Part shown: positions 1-13,830 of the stretch, in pieces
Layout: each line of letters begins with the position of its first letter
Position numbering within the stretch: position 1 is the first letter of the stretch
Assembly: GCA_028534125.1 (NCBI GenBank)
Contig: CM052816.1
Location: 50,718,001 to 50,782,000, forward strand
Origin: Lama glama
Lineage: Eukaryota
DNA length: 64,000 nt
Direction: 5' to 3'
Translations under genes and position numbers: made by a program
The notes under the pieces: generated by a model
What the model saw: only the letters and a program-made list of their open reading frames with translations
The model's database searches: none
Told to the model about the DNA's origin: nothing

Positions 1-499
1 ATCTTCTACAATAATTCACTCCAAAGTAAAAAAAAAAAAAGGTCAAGATGGAAAGAGTGGTCCACATTTTCACAATGCCACATGCTCCAAGGAGGTCAGT
101 TAAGATAATAAATGGGAACGGCTCAGGTTTGCATTGGAATTGGTAATTTAGAAGATACTGTTGTTTGCACAAGTCACTTTAGTGAACTTGGGCAGTAGAG
201 GCTGGAAGTAAATGGGCTCCAAGGCATTACTTACATTCCATCTATTTCTTTACTTACCACAGAACCTAGTTCCAGGTTCCAGGGCACTTAAATAGCTATT
301 CAAAAATTCTCTGAGTGTTGCAGGAGTAAAATTGGCCTAAAACTTCAAATCTTCATATTACTTTCAATTCCCTATTTCACTTTAGTTGTGTGGAAATAGC
401 CTCGGTTGAAGATACAAAGCAGCACAGCCTGAGTAACAAGCAGGACTGGTCTAGCCATTTTTGTTTGGATGTGGGGAGATGGCGGGGAGGGCAAGCTAC

Positions 500-555
500 A
501 CAGCTTTTAAAGATGAGGAAACTGAGGCTCAGAGAGATGAAGCAACTTGCTATGG
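500..555 (-). mobile_element. MIR SINE core fragment
   Basis: agatgaggaaactgaggctcagagag is the reverse complement of the MIR core. Confidence 0.75.
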
Positions 556-2619
556 TGGGTGGGAGGGAGTGCTTGCCTAGTCATTACCTTTGGGAAATTT
601 GAAAGGCTTCCACTCTAACCCAAACTAAAAGTTCAATCCAGCATTTAATGCTAGACTTTTAATCCCTCTTGTTGGCTCTGGTGGGAAAGAGAGGGCTTAG
701 AGGATAAGTAGGGAAGACCTCATCCCTGCCATTAGGAAACTTCTCTCCAGGTTTTTCTTAGGTTCTGGAAATTAAGGAGCCTCTGTTTCCTGCAATTATT
801 TCTAACCTTATCCTACATTAAGAAGGATCCGCCTGACTTCTTTGGCAGCCACCACAGCAACTAGCCTGAAACACAACTGTCCCTTCTCTAATGTGCAGAC
901 TAACCTGAATGGAAGAAGATTTCCTTGAGATATCCTCAGTAATTCATAGTGGACAGTAGCATGAAATTCTTCTCACTATAGCACAAACTTAAGTCACCAA
1001 CTAATCAGTAAGTAATTATGATTTTATTTTATGTGTTAAAAATATGCAACTCACTGGATGATAATAGTTGATGTTGTTTTAGTCATAACGTTCAAATGTC
1101 CTCTACTAATTGTAAACACCATCCAGGTTTTAGGAACACATTTAACAGAGCAAAATACAAGAGCAAACAACATTAAAACCCTTCGCTAGAAAAAAAACTT
1201 GTTTATTCTAAAAAATTATCCCAAAGGTCAGTTCTCACCTGGTTCAAAAACAGTTGCATTCACCCTATCATGCGAGGGGTTTTAGAACAGAGGAGGCAGA
1301 GAAACAAAGGGGACATGACATCATGTGTGAGTGATCACCAAAAAGCCAGCTCATTCCTGACTGAAAAACCATGCCTTGTACATAGGTCACAGAATGAATA
1401 AGATGAAACCAAAGTGCTGAGGAAAGCCACAATTTACAGAAAAATAGTACAAGAGAGAGAGGTCTTTTGCAAGTAGACAGATAAGAAAGGGTATATTTCA
1501 CTCTTATGGACTGGAGCCTAGGCTATCTGAATAGCATGTGAATACCATTAATAATAATCACAAGATAACTCTGAAAACTATAATAAAAAGACTAGGCCAG
1601 ATGGGGAGGGAAGGGACTAAATAAGAGATGGAATTATCCGCAAAGTTTGTAATAAAACGATCTGGTACTTTGGGAGCTGATTCTTCCCACTGGAGTGAAA
1701 TTCCTCTACTAGAGTTTTCTTTGGTGGCTAAATTTTCTAACACTGGAAACTGTTCCTTCTGGAGAGAATAAAGTCAGTGCCACTATTGAATTTGCTTTCA
1801 AAGGTGCAAAGAGTAGGTGAGAAAAAAAGTGTTTTGTACTTGGACCACATATGAATGTGTGGAAAAGAGTCTGGCCCAGTGAATTTGAATTTTTCATTTG
1901 TTATCCTCACTCACATGGTGGGGTATTTCCCATTAAACACACTTTTATGGACTGTCTCCCCCAGTGAAGTAGCCAAAGTTGCTACTATCAAAATGAATGC
2001 TTCGTGTATTGGTTTCAATTGAATTTTTGTGAGAATTCTGCATTGCCTTCCAATGTTACCAGCATGTCAGCCGACAAGTAACCCACCAGCAGCCCACAAA
2101 TGATATGATCCAGGACACAAACCTGCCCCCAAATCTCCGCCCTTTCTCCCATGTAAACAGCAAAACTTCTGGCAAGGATCATGTATTTGGTTACTGATGT
2201 GTTAAGTCCCCATTTGCTTTATGCTTCCCAGGCTCTGTAACCCCTTGCAGACTGAAACACACAGTGTGCAAGAGGATGCAGGGTGGAATGAGGTCGCGAT
2301 CATTGTTGGACAACTGGAGAGGAAAACAGGAAAACAATCATAAAAATAAATATACTGTGTTAGACATGGTAGGTAATACAAAGAAACTTAGGATGGAGCT
2401 CCTGTCTTGATGAATCTCTCAATCTAGACAGTATCTGGAGGTAGTAGAGATACAGAACCATCACTTGAAGCCTGTCATTTGAGTAAGTACATAATAAAAG
2501 GCCAAGGACTCAGCACTGAGTCCTAAATTAAGAGGCATCCTTCCATTACTTTCAGCTGGTGTGGAACATAATTTACTGGGATACATCAGAACATCCCTAA
2601 ATCTGGAGGGAGAAAAAAA

Positions 2620-2800
2620 GAATATTTGATGAGTACACACTAAGTGCCAGGCACTAAGCGCTTCACATGTATTAACTTCTTTAATCCTCACAATGGCCTC
2701 TTGACTAGTACTACTGCTGCTTCCATTTCACAGATTTGGAAACCGAGGCATCAAAGTTAATGCGACCAAAATACAGCCAGTAAGTGGCAGAGCTGGAATT
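2620..2800 (-). mobile_element. MIR SINE
   Basis: gtgccaggcactaagcgcttcacatgtattaac...ttaatcctcacaa...cagatttggaaaccgaggc...gtaagtggcagagctgg is collinear with the MIR consensus (antisense). Confidence 0.85.
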
Positions 2801-5800
2801 ATCCTGTGGTATATCTGAGTGTGCCTAGCCCCCAAATGACCCCATCAACAGATGAGCACTGAGGAGGAACTGGGGATTGGCATTAGAACTCGTTGTAGAG
2901 CCTGTGAATTTTACACAAATAAATGCATCTGTAACACTCAAATACATAAACAAGGATTGTTTGTGCTTCCTGAATTAGGAGGCCAGATAACCTGCACAGA
3001 TACTCCTCTTCCAGAAGATCTTCCTCTTTTCATTCTTACATGCAAAGTACTATTAGATAAATGGATAGTTGTGCTTTTGCTTCGATGCAGAGTTACTTTG
3101 CATCCACCAAAGTGTATACACTGAAAATTTTTTAAGTAGCACATTTTTGACCTAAGAGAGTTTAGAGTCAGGAAGCATCAGATGGAAAGGGCTGAGGGAA
3201 AAGCCTAGATCAAAAGAAAGGGAAGGCAGTGTTTACATAAGTGAGTGGGGGTATTCCCATTTCCAAATAAAATTTTTGTTTAGGTGAGGAGCCACAAAGA
3301 GACCAGTCGAGACGTATTTTTCAAAAACTAATTATCCATCTCAGTGCTGTTTTAGATGCTGTGGGGGGAAATGTCATCACCCCGCCTTTGTGCAGTCTAC
3401 ATTATTACTGGGGAAGGAAAACTAAAGCACTCAAAATAATTAGCAAGAAGCTCTGACCCCAAGTCTGAAAGTTCAAGAGCATTTAAGAGAATAAACACCC
3501 TCCTGTCCTGAGTTTTCTGAGAAAGCAGAGCTGACATCTTGAGCTTGGAAACACCCCTCAAGAGCCTGAAGATGGACTTTTGGGACTTTGCCTGCAGAGT
3601 CCTGTGGAGAAAATGAGGCCCTGGGCTAGATGGCTTCTTCTCCACCAGTTTCCCTGCCCACCTCCCCTCCAAACACAGAAGGCAAATAGCTCTGTGGCCT
3701 ACTTGATTAAATGCTTCGTCAGCCAGGCCTTCCCCTGGGAACTGTATGCAACATTTTATTGCCTTTCAAGGCAGTTGTTTCTCATTGTATAGATGTGCCT
3801 GAGTGAAAAAATAATCTAGAGTTCCAATGCCAAAGGCTAATTTGCCCTGGCTTGGGAAATATCTGTTTTTTTGAACCCCTAAGCAGCATGAATTATATTG
3901 ATAGGTTTGCGTGTTTCTGGCTGACCACCAAGGTCCCCCCTTCCAGGAGGATGGGAAAGTTGCCGGATGAAGTTTTCTCACAGAGTTTACCACTGACTCT
4001 AAAGTGAAATGGCTACAATGAATTCTCATCTTTCCCCATGTAATCTTAATTGGGTTGGCAACATGCGTAATGACCATGATGGCAGAGGAATCCTGCGATG
4101 CTGAGTGAAGGACCAGCTCTTCTGGTGATTTGCAGACAGCCTCAAAAAAAAAAAAAAAAAAAAGTCATTTTCTGAAAGACCTGACCACCCCTGAACTCGT
4201 TTGAGTGGAGGTATGTTTTGCTTTGCTTGGACTTACATGGCTTTCAAAATGCAGACTTTCATGCCTTGGAAATAGGAACTTTTAGAAAGTGAATGCTTGC
4301 TGGTTAAGGGGATTCTAATCTCTCTTTCAAATGCCCTTACTAGAGTTCAAAGCATATAAGTCTCTATCAATGGGTTGCAAACCACTGTAATGCCACACTT
4401 ACCCAATTTGCAAGGATGTTAGATTTTAAAAAATGTTTTTCTCTCAAGGGGGAGAAAAAAGGGCTTCACTGAGAGAGCCTACCCAGGAGTAAATTATAAA
4501 GATCTCCCACGAACATCAGAGCTACATAAACTTAAGGGTAATTACCACTTTGGTAGGAAAAAGGAGTCTTTATTTTTTACCTTTTCACCAACTTCCTAGA
4601 AGTTCATGAAACGTGGTTGGCAGAATCTAACCTCTACTTTATGCAAACTACCAAAGCTAAATTATACATATTTTAAGAGCTTCTTCACAAATGCCAATTT
4701 CCAGTTGAATCATCAGTAAGACCTCAAGTCAGTGTCAAATGCTTGTAAATAATATTGAGGTTCTTTAGTTGGATGCCTCCTACCCGAGATAGATTTTGTT
4801 ATTTTCCCCTCCGATTCTTCATAACTAGAGAGGAGCTAAAAGAATTTGATGTTGCAAAAATACGCCTTGAAAAGTGCTTTTGCTCTTCCAAAAATCAATG
4901 AGCTAGTTTCTTTCTGGGAGTACAATACCTCATGAGAGTATCTTAAATGTATTTGCAATCTATATCAACTTATTCAGAATCCTGTGGCATCATTTAGTAT
5001 GTTATGGACTCTTGGTCTACATTTTCTCTTATCTGGATTATTAGGAAATCATGATAGTACTCAAGGACTCAAGGACTCAAGGAAAGAGCTGAATGTTCCT
5101 GGACAGCAGAGGTTAAAATTGTGAAACAGAGGAATTTGCTTGTAAGACCCTTTCTAAGACTGCCCTTTCCTCAGCTAGCTCTCTTGCTAGCATGTAATTC
5201 AATATCTTCTAGGAACATTCACATGCTAAAGAAACATGTTTGTATGTATTCATCTTTGTACTAAGCCCATTTGCTTAGTGTGCAAATTTTTTTTTTTTTG
5301 CTTGTTAGTTGAAAGTACCCAAGAAGACTAGGATTATTACTCAAACTATTCAACCCCCAAGGCTAGACCTCTAGGTAGAGGGGACCTTTGGGGACCCATA
5401 TGGGGACTTTTCTGATATGCTTCAAGTTACACTGTTAAGGCATCTTCTACTTCTTTTGTGGTAAGTCTGATGAGATCCAAGATATTGCTGGCTTGACTGG
5501 CATAGAGGGGTCACCTCCCTAAGGAGGCAGTTTCTGTGAAGGGGGAATAAGGAGATAGTGTGTTTAAGGGGGGAATCAGGCTCATTCTTCATGGCAGAAA
5601 AGGAAAGTATATTTCAAAGCTTATGCTGTAGACCTGATAATGTAAACTACTAAGAAATGCCCATCCCCTATATTTTGGATAAATGGTGGATCTGAGTCAA
5701 CAGGAAATGTTTTTCTTTGTTTTTTCTCCTATCTTCTATAACATAGTACTTGGAAGTGTTAATGTGATTTTTTAAAAAATTCTATTTTAATGCCAGGAAA

Positions 5801-6209
5801 TAATTTTTTTCCCTGGAAGCATGTAGCTCAGTATTTCTTGAAAGCCAAAAAGAACAGAATATGAAAAGGCTTTTCAAAGAGGTTTCTGTCTTAGCTAAGG
5901 CAACAAAGATCAGAGTAATAATCATGATCATCACTTAATTTGTATAAGATTTTACAGTTTATAATGCAATTTCATGTACATTGTCTCCTTTTTTAATATT
6001 GCAAATCTTGCAAAATCTTGCGTAATCTGAAATTAGCTGTTGCTTATGTCAAGGCATCCTGTGGCTTATTAAAAGCTGGGGGCCAGATGTTATGAATGAT
6101 GTAGAGAGTGTTTCTTGGCAGAACACTGAAAGGTCCAAACTTTTGTGCAGACTCCAATGGTAAGATGATGACAAGAAAACACGTGTCCTAGCTTGCCTTG
6201 CTGGATAAT

Positions 6210-6375
6210 CCTGCCAGGCACTCTGCTTGGTATTGGAGACACAGTGAATCGGACAGACAAGTCTCTGCCCTCATGTAGTCTGTATGGTGTAGACAAAGGA
6301 CAGAGAAACAGATAAGAAAAGAAGTACAGATTGAGATAAGTGCTATGGAGGAAATAAATAGGGCAATAGACAGAA
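6210..6375 (-). mobile_element. L2 LINE 3' fragment
   Basis: tgccaggcactctgc...ggagacacagtgaa...acagacaagtctctgccctcatg...aagtgctatggaggaaa is typical antisense L2 3' end. Confidence 0.75.
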
Positions 6376-6741
6376 AAACATTTTAAACTTATTTTTGAAA
6401 GCATGGATGTCAAGAACAAGCTCTATTAAGTTTTAAAAATTGTCTTATGGAAAAGGATATGTAACACCCCTTGGACAAAGTCTGGACTTACTTCTTCAAA
6501 AGTGTCATAGATAGCAGGATCAAACGCTCGTGGAAAACAAATGACTAGAGAAAAAGCAATAAGCATGGAAGTAAGGGTATTTTAGCAGTACATTAAATCA
6601 AATAAGATCTCCTCTTGCAGAAGAAACCAAGCACATCAGTGTTAGGAACTTGCACTGATAGATAGCCCTTCTCCTTAAACAGCTTCTTTCATTTTTGAGA
6701 AAAAATATTGCTGCTATAGATCATCTCATATATATGATATA

Positions 6742-6743
<2 letters not shown>

Positions 6744-6786
<43 letters not shown>
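6744..6786. repeat. (AT)n microsatellite, about 21 units
   Basis: Perfect dinucleotide run, seen directly. Confidence 0.98.
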
Positions 6787-6789
<3 letters not shown>

Positions 6790-7995
6790 TTGTTATGTAA
6801 TTCTGTACCACTTTTGAAGTATTTTGAACAAGCCTACACTGGCTTGAAATGTAATATATTTTGATCTTATTCTCCTTTTCTTTATTTACTTTTTGAAGTC
6901 TCAGCAAAATGCTCTGTTACTTCTGAACGTTCTCACAAAGCACATGATTCAATGCAAATTTCTCATCTTCAATCCATTTATTATAAGGCTATAATTAGAG
7001 CAAATCTCCCTTCTCTGCACCAACCAAATAGGCTACCTAGATGGTTAACAGAAGGGAACACCTATGATTATTGACACACTTCCTGTTTAATCAAACTGAT
7101 CTGAATTTTATTGTGTTAAAAAACAGAGATACAAACATTTTGGAATTCAAATGGATGTATTAGGGAAGAGGTGAATCTTCCAAGAAAAATCAAGATGATG
7201 TTGGCAAACATAAACAGGGTCAGGAAATACTCAGCTTACATGTTGCAAACTTCTTACCCTGTACTCATAGCAGGCATTGCTAATCGAAAACAGAATTCTT
7301 TTCTGCTGATTTTGGAGGTGGTCTTGGAATGCTCTTCAGCACATTACAGACAGCCTCTGCCATTTGGTCAGAGATATCATATGGGCTTAGATCTATTTGC
7401 CACAGCAGGCTTAAATGGTATTGCATACCCACATATTTTCATTTTAATAATCCTCAAAGTCTTGGCATGAAGCAATAATAGAGAAATTGAGGGCACCCAT
7501 TTAGGAAACGTGGAAGGATGATATTTTAGGACCAGTGGCATCTTCTCTCTCGCTTCTCAAATCTAGTCATCACCTTGTTCCAGAAGCCCAGTGTGCCAGT
7601 CCTGTCTGAGCACATGGCAGGGACAGGTAGGCAAGTGTGAAGAGACAGACTCTTCTTGCTCTGTCCCAAGAATACAGAAAATGTCAGCGGTTTCTTCTCT
7701 GGAAAGAATCTGCTGGCACTTAAAAAGAATAGCAGGTAGAAGACTCACTGGACAGTAAAATCTTCTCTGTGGCTGGGACACATTCAGTCTGTTATTCTGC
7801 TGCACTGGGAAAGAAGGCCCAGTTCCTATTTTGTTCAAAAGCTTTTTGAGACTTTTCAGTCTACAGTTGAATTTTGGCAAGTTTTGAGTGATGGGATTTG
7901 TAGGTATTATGTATCAAATTGTTACTTATTAGCTGACTTTCTTTCAATTTCTTTCAATTCAATAAGCATGGTCAATTTATTTATTTATTTAGGTT

Positions 7996-8200
7996 CTTTT
8001 TTATTGAAGTATAGTTGATTTACAATGTTGTGTTCGTTTCTGGTGTACAGCATAGTGATTCAGTTATATATATATATTCTTTTTCATTACAGGAACTATA
8101 AGCCACTGAATACAGTTCTCTGTGCTATATAGTAGGACCTTGTTGTTTATCTGTTCTATATATAGTAGTTTGTATATGCCAATCCCAAACTCTCAGTTTA
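7996..8200 (-). mobile_element. 5'-truncated L1 3'UTR (cetartiodactyl/camelid type)
   Basis: T-tail, then attgaagtatagttgatttacaatgttgtg...ctgtgctatatagtaggaccttgttg; similar to the reverse complement of the L1 3'UTR at about 43050-43260. Confidence 0.85.
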
Positions 8201-9789
8201 TGCTCCTTTCTTCTCAAGCTTAGAAGAAATTTAAGTATCTTTAATATTGTGAAGGAGAAGACAACCACATTGGTTTATTTTCAAGTAAAGGGCTAGTGAG
8301 GTCACTCTTGAAATTTTGCCTGGCAGGGGCCATAAGTTTTTGTTATCCTTCTGTTTCCAATTGTGTATACTATAATTTTATTTTCTACAACTCTGATGGA
8401 GGACTCCATATTTTCCTCATCGCATTTGTTAAACTTCTTTCTAAGAAAATGATGCCATGAATTTAATTACCAAGAGTTTTATTTGTATTTAACTTATTAA
8501 AAAACATAGGTTGGGAATGCTGAATAGTGTATTATTTCTGATAAGATAAGAAGAACAACCACTATTTCTAATAAATAAAACCAGGAAAGAGAAGACTGCT
8601 GTGGTTCATCATATACAACATATAGTCAAGCTATCGTATAAGGTGTCATTTATTATATGTGACCATATTTACATTTTCTATATTTGTGCTGTCCAGAAGG
8701 ATTTTGTTGCAGAAGAATGGTAAAGGAGGCCAATAACCATTAATAACTAGATAAGTTGCTCGTAGAAAGGCAGGGAGACCACAGGAACATTGTATAGTAA
8801 GTTTTCCAGAAAATGTGGATAGCTGTAGATAACTGGGTTTCAGCCAATTTTTGACAGTATATAAATAATTTGATATATACCAAAAGAACTTTGGAAAAGT
8901 AAAGATGAATTTTTTCTTAGAGGCACAACTGCAGAAAGCTGGGCTGCTAATTAGGGTGTGGAAAAAGTCTACTGCTTTTTCAAGTTCATTCAGTTCAAAA
9001 AGACCCCCCTTCATTCCCAGCTTTGTACCCCAACAGCAGGTATAGGGGCCCTCAGAATGGGGCTGAAAATGAGGCCTCTTTTGTACTGGGCTCTTACACT
9101 TGTTGGAGAGAAAAGAGAAGAGCATTGATTCAAGTTTGTAAAAGGGTTCACACTTTTTTTAGGCCCACCATTGTTCTTATTTTCCAATAGAATTTGGTTT
9201 GACTCTGCTCATACTTCTACTGTTGTCTCTTATTTCTGCTAGCCTTGGCCTGCTTTCTGCATACAACCCACTCAAAAGACGCTGGAGCAAGCCTGAAATG
9301 TACTTACATGATGAATACCTTGACTACGTCTATGTCTATGTCTACACCTGGAATATGAAGCGTGGGTCGTAACTATTCATTGCTTGTGACAAATCACTGT
9401 GTTACAATAACCAATTATTAACTTCATTTTGCTTTATGCTTCATTATGTTTGAACTTTAATGTTCAAATTATTGGCTGAGAAAATCATCAGAACAATTGT
9501 AAAGGTTTTAATAGGGTTTATTAAGTGTCTCCCAAAGTTCATACACTAGATGCTGGAGGCTGGGGTGGGGAGGATAAAGGGTCTGATGACTAGATACCCT
9601 TAGGGAATATTGTACATATTTGCATATGGCCATGACAAGTCCAGCACTAAATAAACCTATTTGAGTTTGTCTGATGTAATCATCCTTCCATTTATTTGCC
9701 AAAGGACTACCCACCCCAACTTTTTTTTATACAAAAACTACTAACATTCTAAAGAGCTAGCATTTTGCCAAACATACTTTGAGAAATGC

Positions 9790-9910
9790 TAATCTGGACA
9801 AACCCTTCATTTTACTGATGATGAACTGAGTTTTTGGAGATTAAATTGCACACCCAAGACCCCACAGTTACTTAGTGGCTTAGCTGGGCCCCAAATCTAG
9901 GGCTCATAAT
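9790..9910 (-). mobile_element. MIR fragment
   Basis: cattttactgatgatgaactgag...cccaagaccccacagttacttagtggc is a degenerate MIR core. Confidence 0.6.
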
Positions 9911-10017
9911 GTTCAATGCTTCAATATACTATACCAAACTTGTTTTGTTTATCTATAGTGCCTCGATTCCATAGGTAATTCTGAAACATTTACTTCTTTT
10001 CTCAAAGCTTTGTTAAA

Positions 10018-10085
10018 ATTTGAGGTATAATTGACATTCAGTAAATTTCACCCTTTTAGTGTACAGTTTTAGGAGTTTTGAAAAA
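10018..10085 (-). mobile_element. Old L1M 3'-terminal fragment
   Basis: ttgaggtataattgacattcagtaaatttcacccttttagtgtacagttt is an L1MB/MC-type terminus. Confidence 0.6.
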
Positions 10086-11489
10086 CCACCCCTCCACCCC
10101 AATCAACACTTCTATTTATTTCTTACAAAATTAACTTCAAAAGTTTTTCAAAATGTGCACTAGAATGTACTAGAATAATTTCAATCAGAAATATATTCAA
10201 ATGAGTTGAAAATCTGCTTAAGATGAAAATCCTAGGCAATCAATGCAGCTGACTGTAGAGACGTCAAGAATGACAGTAGACACAAGAATTATATTGGAGA
10301 AAAGAAATGAGAACACACAGCCTGAGGAGATGCCAGCTGACCATCTAACAAGGAGGGATCTTGAGAATGCCTAGGGGAGAAGCCCACAGGGAACTCTAAA
10401 CTCAGGGCATGGCCATTTCTCATGAAAAATAGTCGTTTCAACCCACTCCATAACTTTTCCCTTCAGTTTTTCTTTTCTCCACTCTAACCTTGTTCTTTTC
10501 AGCTTCCATTCCTTGACTGAACCAGGAAATCCCCTCTCCTCTTTTTTTCTTCTGCCTCTCTGTGATATACCGTACCCAGTGGTGAGCTAAAATCATCATA
10601 TTTTAGTTAAGTGCCAGTCATTGGAAGCCTCTTGGAATTTCTCAGTTTTCAGAATGCAATTCTTCATTTCAGTTCCATATCTTAAGTCCATTTATGCTAC
10701 TTGATTACAGTTTCCAGGTGAATTCTGTCTTTAAAATACAGTGCCCAGTTTTGTTTCCGAGACAAAATGGGCTCTGATTGAAACCAGCAAATCTCACTTG
10801 CATGAACTTAACTCCCTTTGTCCAGGTTCCCTTTGTTCTTCTTGACCGTTTCAAACAGAGTAATCGGGTGAGAGGGCATCCCTCACGCGGGACCTTCCTT
10901 TCCAGCTGCCGCCCCCTGAGTGGGAACACATCCTGTTTGCCCCCACTTTGGCCTAGCCTGTTCATTTCACCAAACAGCCAGCTGTAACCATGTGGGATGG
11001 AAACAAGAATTAGACACTCATCAGGAGGGGAGAGCATGCCTGCTGTGTGGGTACGTCTTGCCTGACTTCAACATGAAAAGGACTTGGTTAAGAAAGAAAA
11101 CACGAACCTAGAAAAGAGCAACAATCGCCATGTGGAGGCAAAATGAAACTGGGTTGTGTATACTGACTCTCCATAGGGACTACATGGGGGAGAGGAGCCT
11201 GCTGGGCCTCTTCCGGCCGGGCCAGTCAGATGGCTGAAAAGAGAAAGTGCAACCCTCGTGCGTACGGGCTGTTCCCCAGGTGCTGCTAAGCATGACTCCT
11301 GTCCCTCTGCTCCAGCTGAGGCCACATGGAGGCCAAATGCAAAATGATGTCTAAGAATGCAGCCATTGACTATTTGTCTGCAGGAAAATGTTGTCCGAGG
11401 ATGGCAAGTAGGATAGAGCTCTTCAGATCAGCGGGATGATCCCACCCCCCAACTGACACTCTACGATTGGTAGTTCTTGCTCTGTGTCA

Positions 11490-11700
11490 GACACTGTCAG
11501 CTGATCTGTTTGCTCTACTTCATTTAATATTCATGACGACTCTATAATATATAGACCATTAAAAAAATCCCCATTTATGATGTTGGAAACTCAGGTTCGA
11601 AGAGATCACATAACTTTCTTAAGCTCCAGATTTAATAAGGGGCAAAGATGAGCCGTGAACCTAACTAAGTTTGGTTGACTCCAAATCATGTGCCCTCAAC
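11490..11700 (-). mobile_element. MIR SINE
   Basis: catttaatattcatgac...ccccatttatgatgttggaaactcaggttc is antisense MIR. Confidence 0.65.
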
Positions 11701-13054
11701 CTCTTCACTACTCTGCAGGCTAATGAGGCAAAATGAAACTTCTGCTTTGCATTCTTTTCTGCAGTCGTATCAACTCAAAGGGGAGCAGTTCTTTTGGCTA
11801 CTTAAAGGATCCCAGACAACTTGTTCTGGTCTGTCAGATGGTAACTGCTTTAGTCTGACCGTTTAGCCCAGGTCAATTCTCACTATTTTTACAGAGCACA
11901 CTACTTCTCAAAAATGCAAATAGTTCACTCCTTGGATGGTAATGACTAATCTTTTTGTGGTTAGGCAGTTAAATTAGTTAATCAATTCACAAGCAAGAAC
12001 AAACTTATAAAGTTTATGTGGCAAATTTACTTCTCACCCCTTTTGCAATAGTCAGGGAAGGGTACTTTGAATTGCCCTGTTAGTTTCTTCAATTCATTAA
12101 TGAATCCCCCTGCGAAAACATAACTTCGGTAAAAACTCTTAAAGAAAGCATCAGTGTTGTATGAAATACACCACACTAGACAAGGAGCTACCAGTTAGTT
12201 CAGTGTCATGGAGGAAACCACCAGGGGTTTAGCACTCTTTCTGTCTAGTCGACAGAAGCTTTCTGTGGTCTTAATTTTCTCACAGGGATTATGGGCCATT
12301 GACGTGTTTGTTTCCCACATTTCATGTAGGGAGCAAAATTTTAATTTCTCTGCTGACCCAGTGCTACTTTGTAAGGTAGATAGTAGCACATCACTGAGTG
12401 ATAAACAACACAAAAGCCCTGATAACCACAGGAACATCAGGTCTTTTCCTGCCTAATTATGCTTGGTAGGCAGCTGAAAAAACGTAAAAGATATTTGGAA
12501 GGTCATAGAAGACAGAATCTTCCCTCAGATATATTTTTTTGGAATGTACATATGCTATTGTTTATCATATCCTATTGGATATGGTGAAACAGACATGATA
12601 GTCATACTTGGAATGAACACAAAGCTTTGTTTATGTGCCATACATATGGAAATAAGATGAATTTCCAAGAAGTCCTAAGGAGAGGGCATTGACTCATTTT
12701 TATTTTACTTTTTTTCTCTCAATATAATGTGGGAACACCCATGCCACATGGAAAGCAAGTTCACACTTAGAAGCATTCAAACAGATCCACTGACAAGGAA
12801 GGCTTGTAGTGTCACTGTTTGTGTTAAGTCTTAGAACCCATATTGACCTGTGGGTCTTGATGAATCTGGTGGCCTGGCTAAAAATCTGGATTTATTAGTG
12901 ACTGCTAGCATAGTCTTTGATACTATTGTTATAAAAGGAATAGGAAAAATTAGACCAGCCTACCCATTACCAATAGATTTTTATGTGAATCAAATAAGAT
13001 AATTTATGTAAAAGTGCTTTGAAAACTGTAGGACGTTTTCTAAAGGACTTTACT

Positions 13055-13400
13055 CAACATAGAAGAATCATAGAAGTATAATGTGAAGTGAAAAAAAGCA
13101 AATGACTGAGGACTTTATACAGTATCATACCATTTTCATACAACTTAAAACCAAGCAAAATGAAACAACTATAGTATAGCCTACCTATAGGCTACCTATG
13201 TGATAAAACTATACTAGGAAAGGAGAGGGATGCTGAGCACAAAACTCATGTAGCTGTTACTTCTTTAGAGGGGAAAGAGATGAGACAGGTCAGCAACACC
13301 TAGGTAGCTCACATTCTAGTTCCTGCGTGAGGATTAGCTTTGCAGACATTCATTGTATTATCATGCTTTAAATATTAATTATATTTTTTAAATTTAAAAA
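13055..13400 (+). mobile_element. Old L1ME-type 3' end
   Basis: aatgtgaagtgaaaaaaagcaa...tacagtatcataccatttt motif followed by an AT-rich tail. Confidence 0.6.
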
Positions 13401-13669
13401 ATTTAAATAAATATTACCTATATTTTTAGTGATCAAAATATGTTAAAAAGATAGTCTATTCCAGATGGTGCTAAATAAGAAGATAATTCAAATCCAAATT
13501 TTACCTCTGAATCGTTAATGATCTTTTTAAGGTTCATGTATTTTTAAATTGCTTCCTTGTTACTTTCCCTTCTTGTCCTCCTTTTCTCTTTTCTACTTGT
13601 TCTCTCATCCACTGACTTTTACTGAATATACAGAAGCACCAAAATTAGCTAGCATCATAATTGTGGAAA

Positions 13670-13830
13670 CCTGGAGCCAAGTTCTATCCTTTGCTGTCTG
13701 GAGACCTTGAGTAAGGTCGCTAAACATCTTCATGCCTTAGTTTCCTGAAAATGAGGATAAAAGTCACAGAGATAGCCTCGTTTCACAGGGCTGTTAGATG
13801 AGTTCATGTCAGTAAAGTGCTGCATTGTGT
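13670..13830 (+). mobile_element. MIR SINE
   Basis: ctggagcca...gaccttgagtaag...gccttagtttcct...aaaatgagga...cacagggctgtt. Confidence 0.65.

Noticed and set aside
4144..4163. A20 tract as a possible retrocopy tail (likewise A25 at 44692-44716)
   Set aside because: No TSD, polyA signal or recognisable retroposed body upstream.
10902..10923. CTCF-like cgccccctgagtgg
   Set aside because: An extra base breaks the spacing of the core motif.
13384..13401. 18-bp perfect A/T palindrome
   Set aside because: It is low-complexity sequence in a decayed L1 tail.
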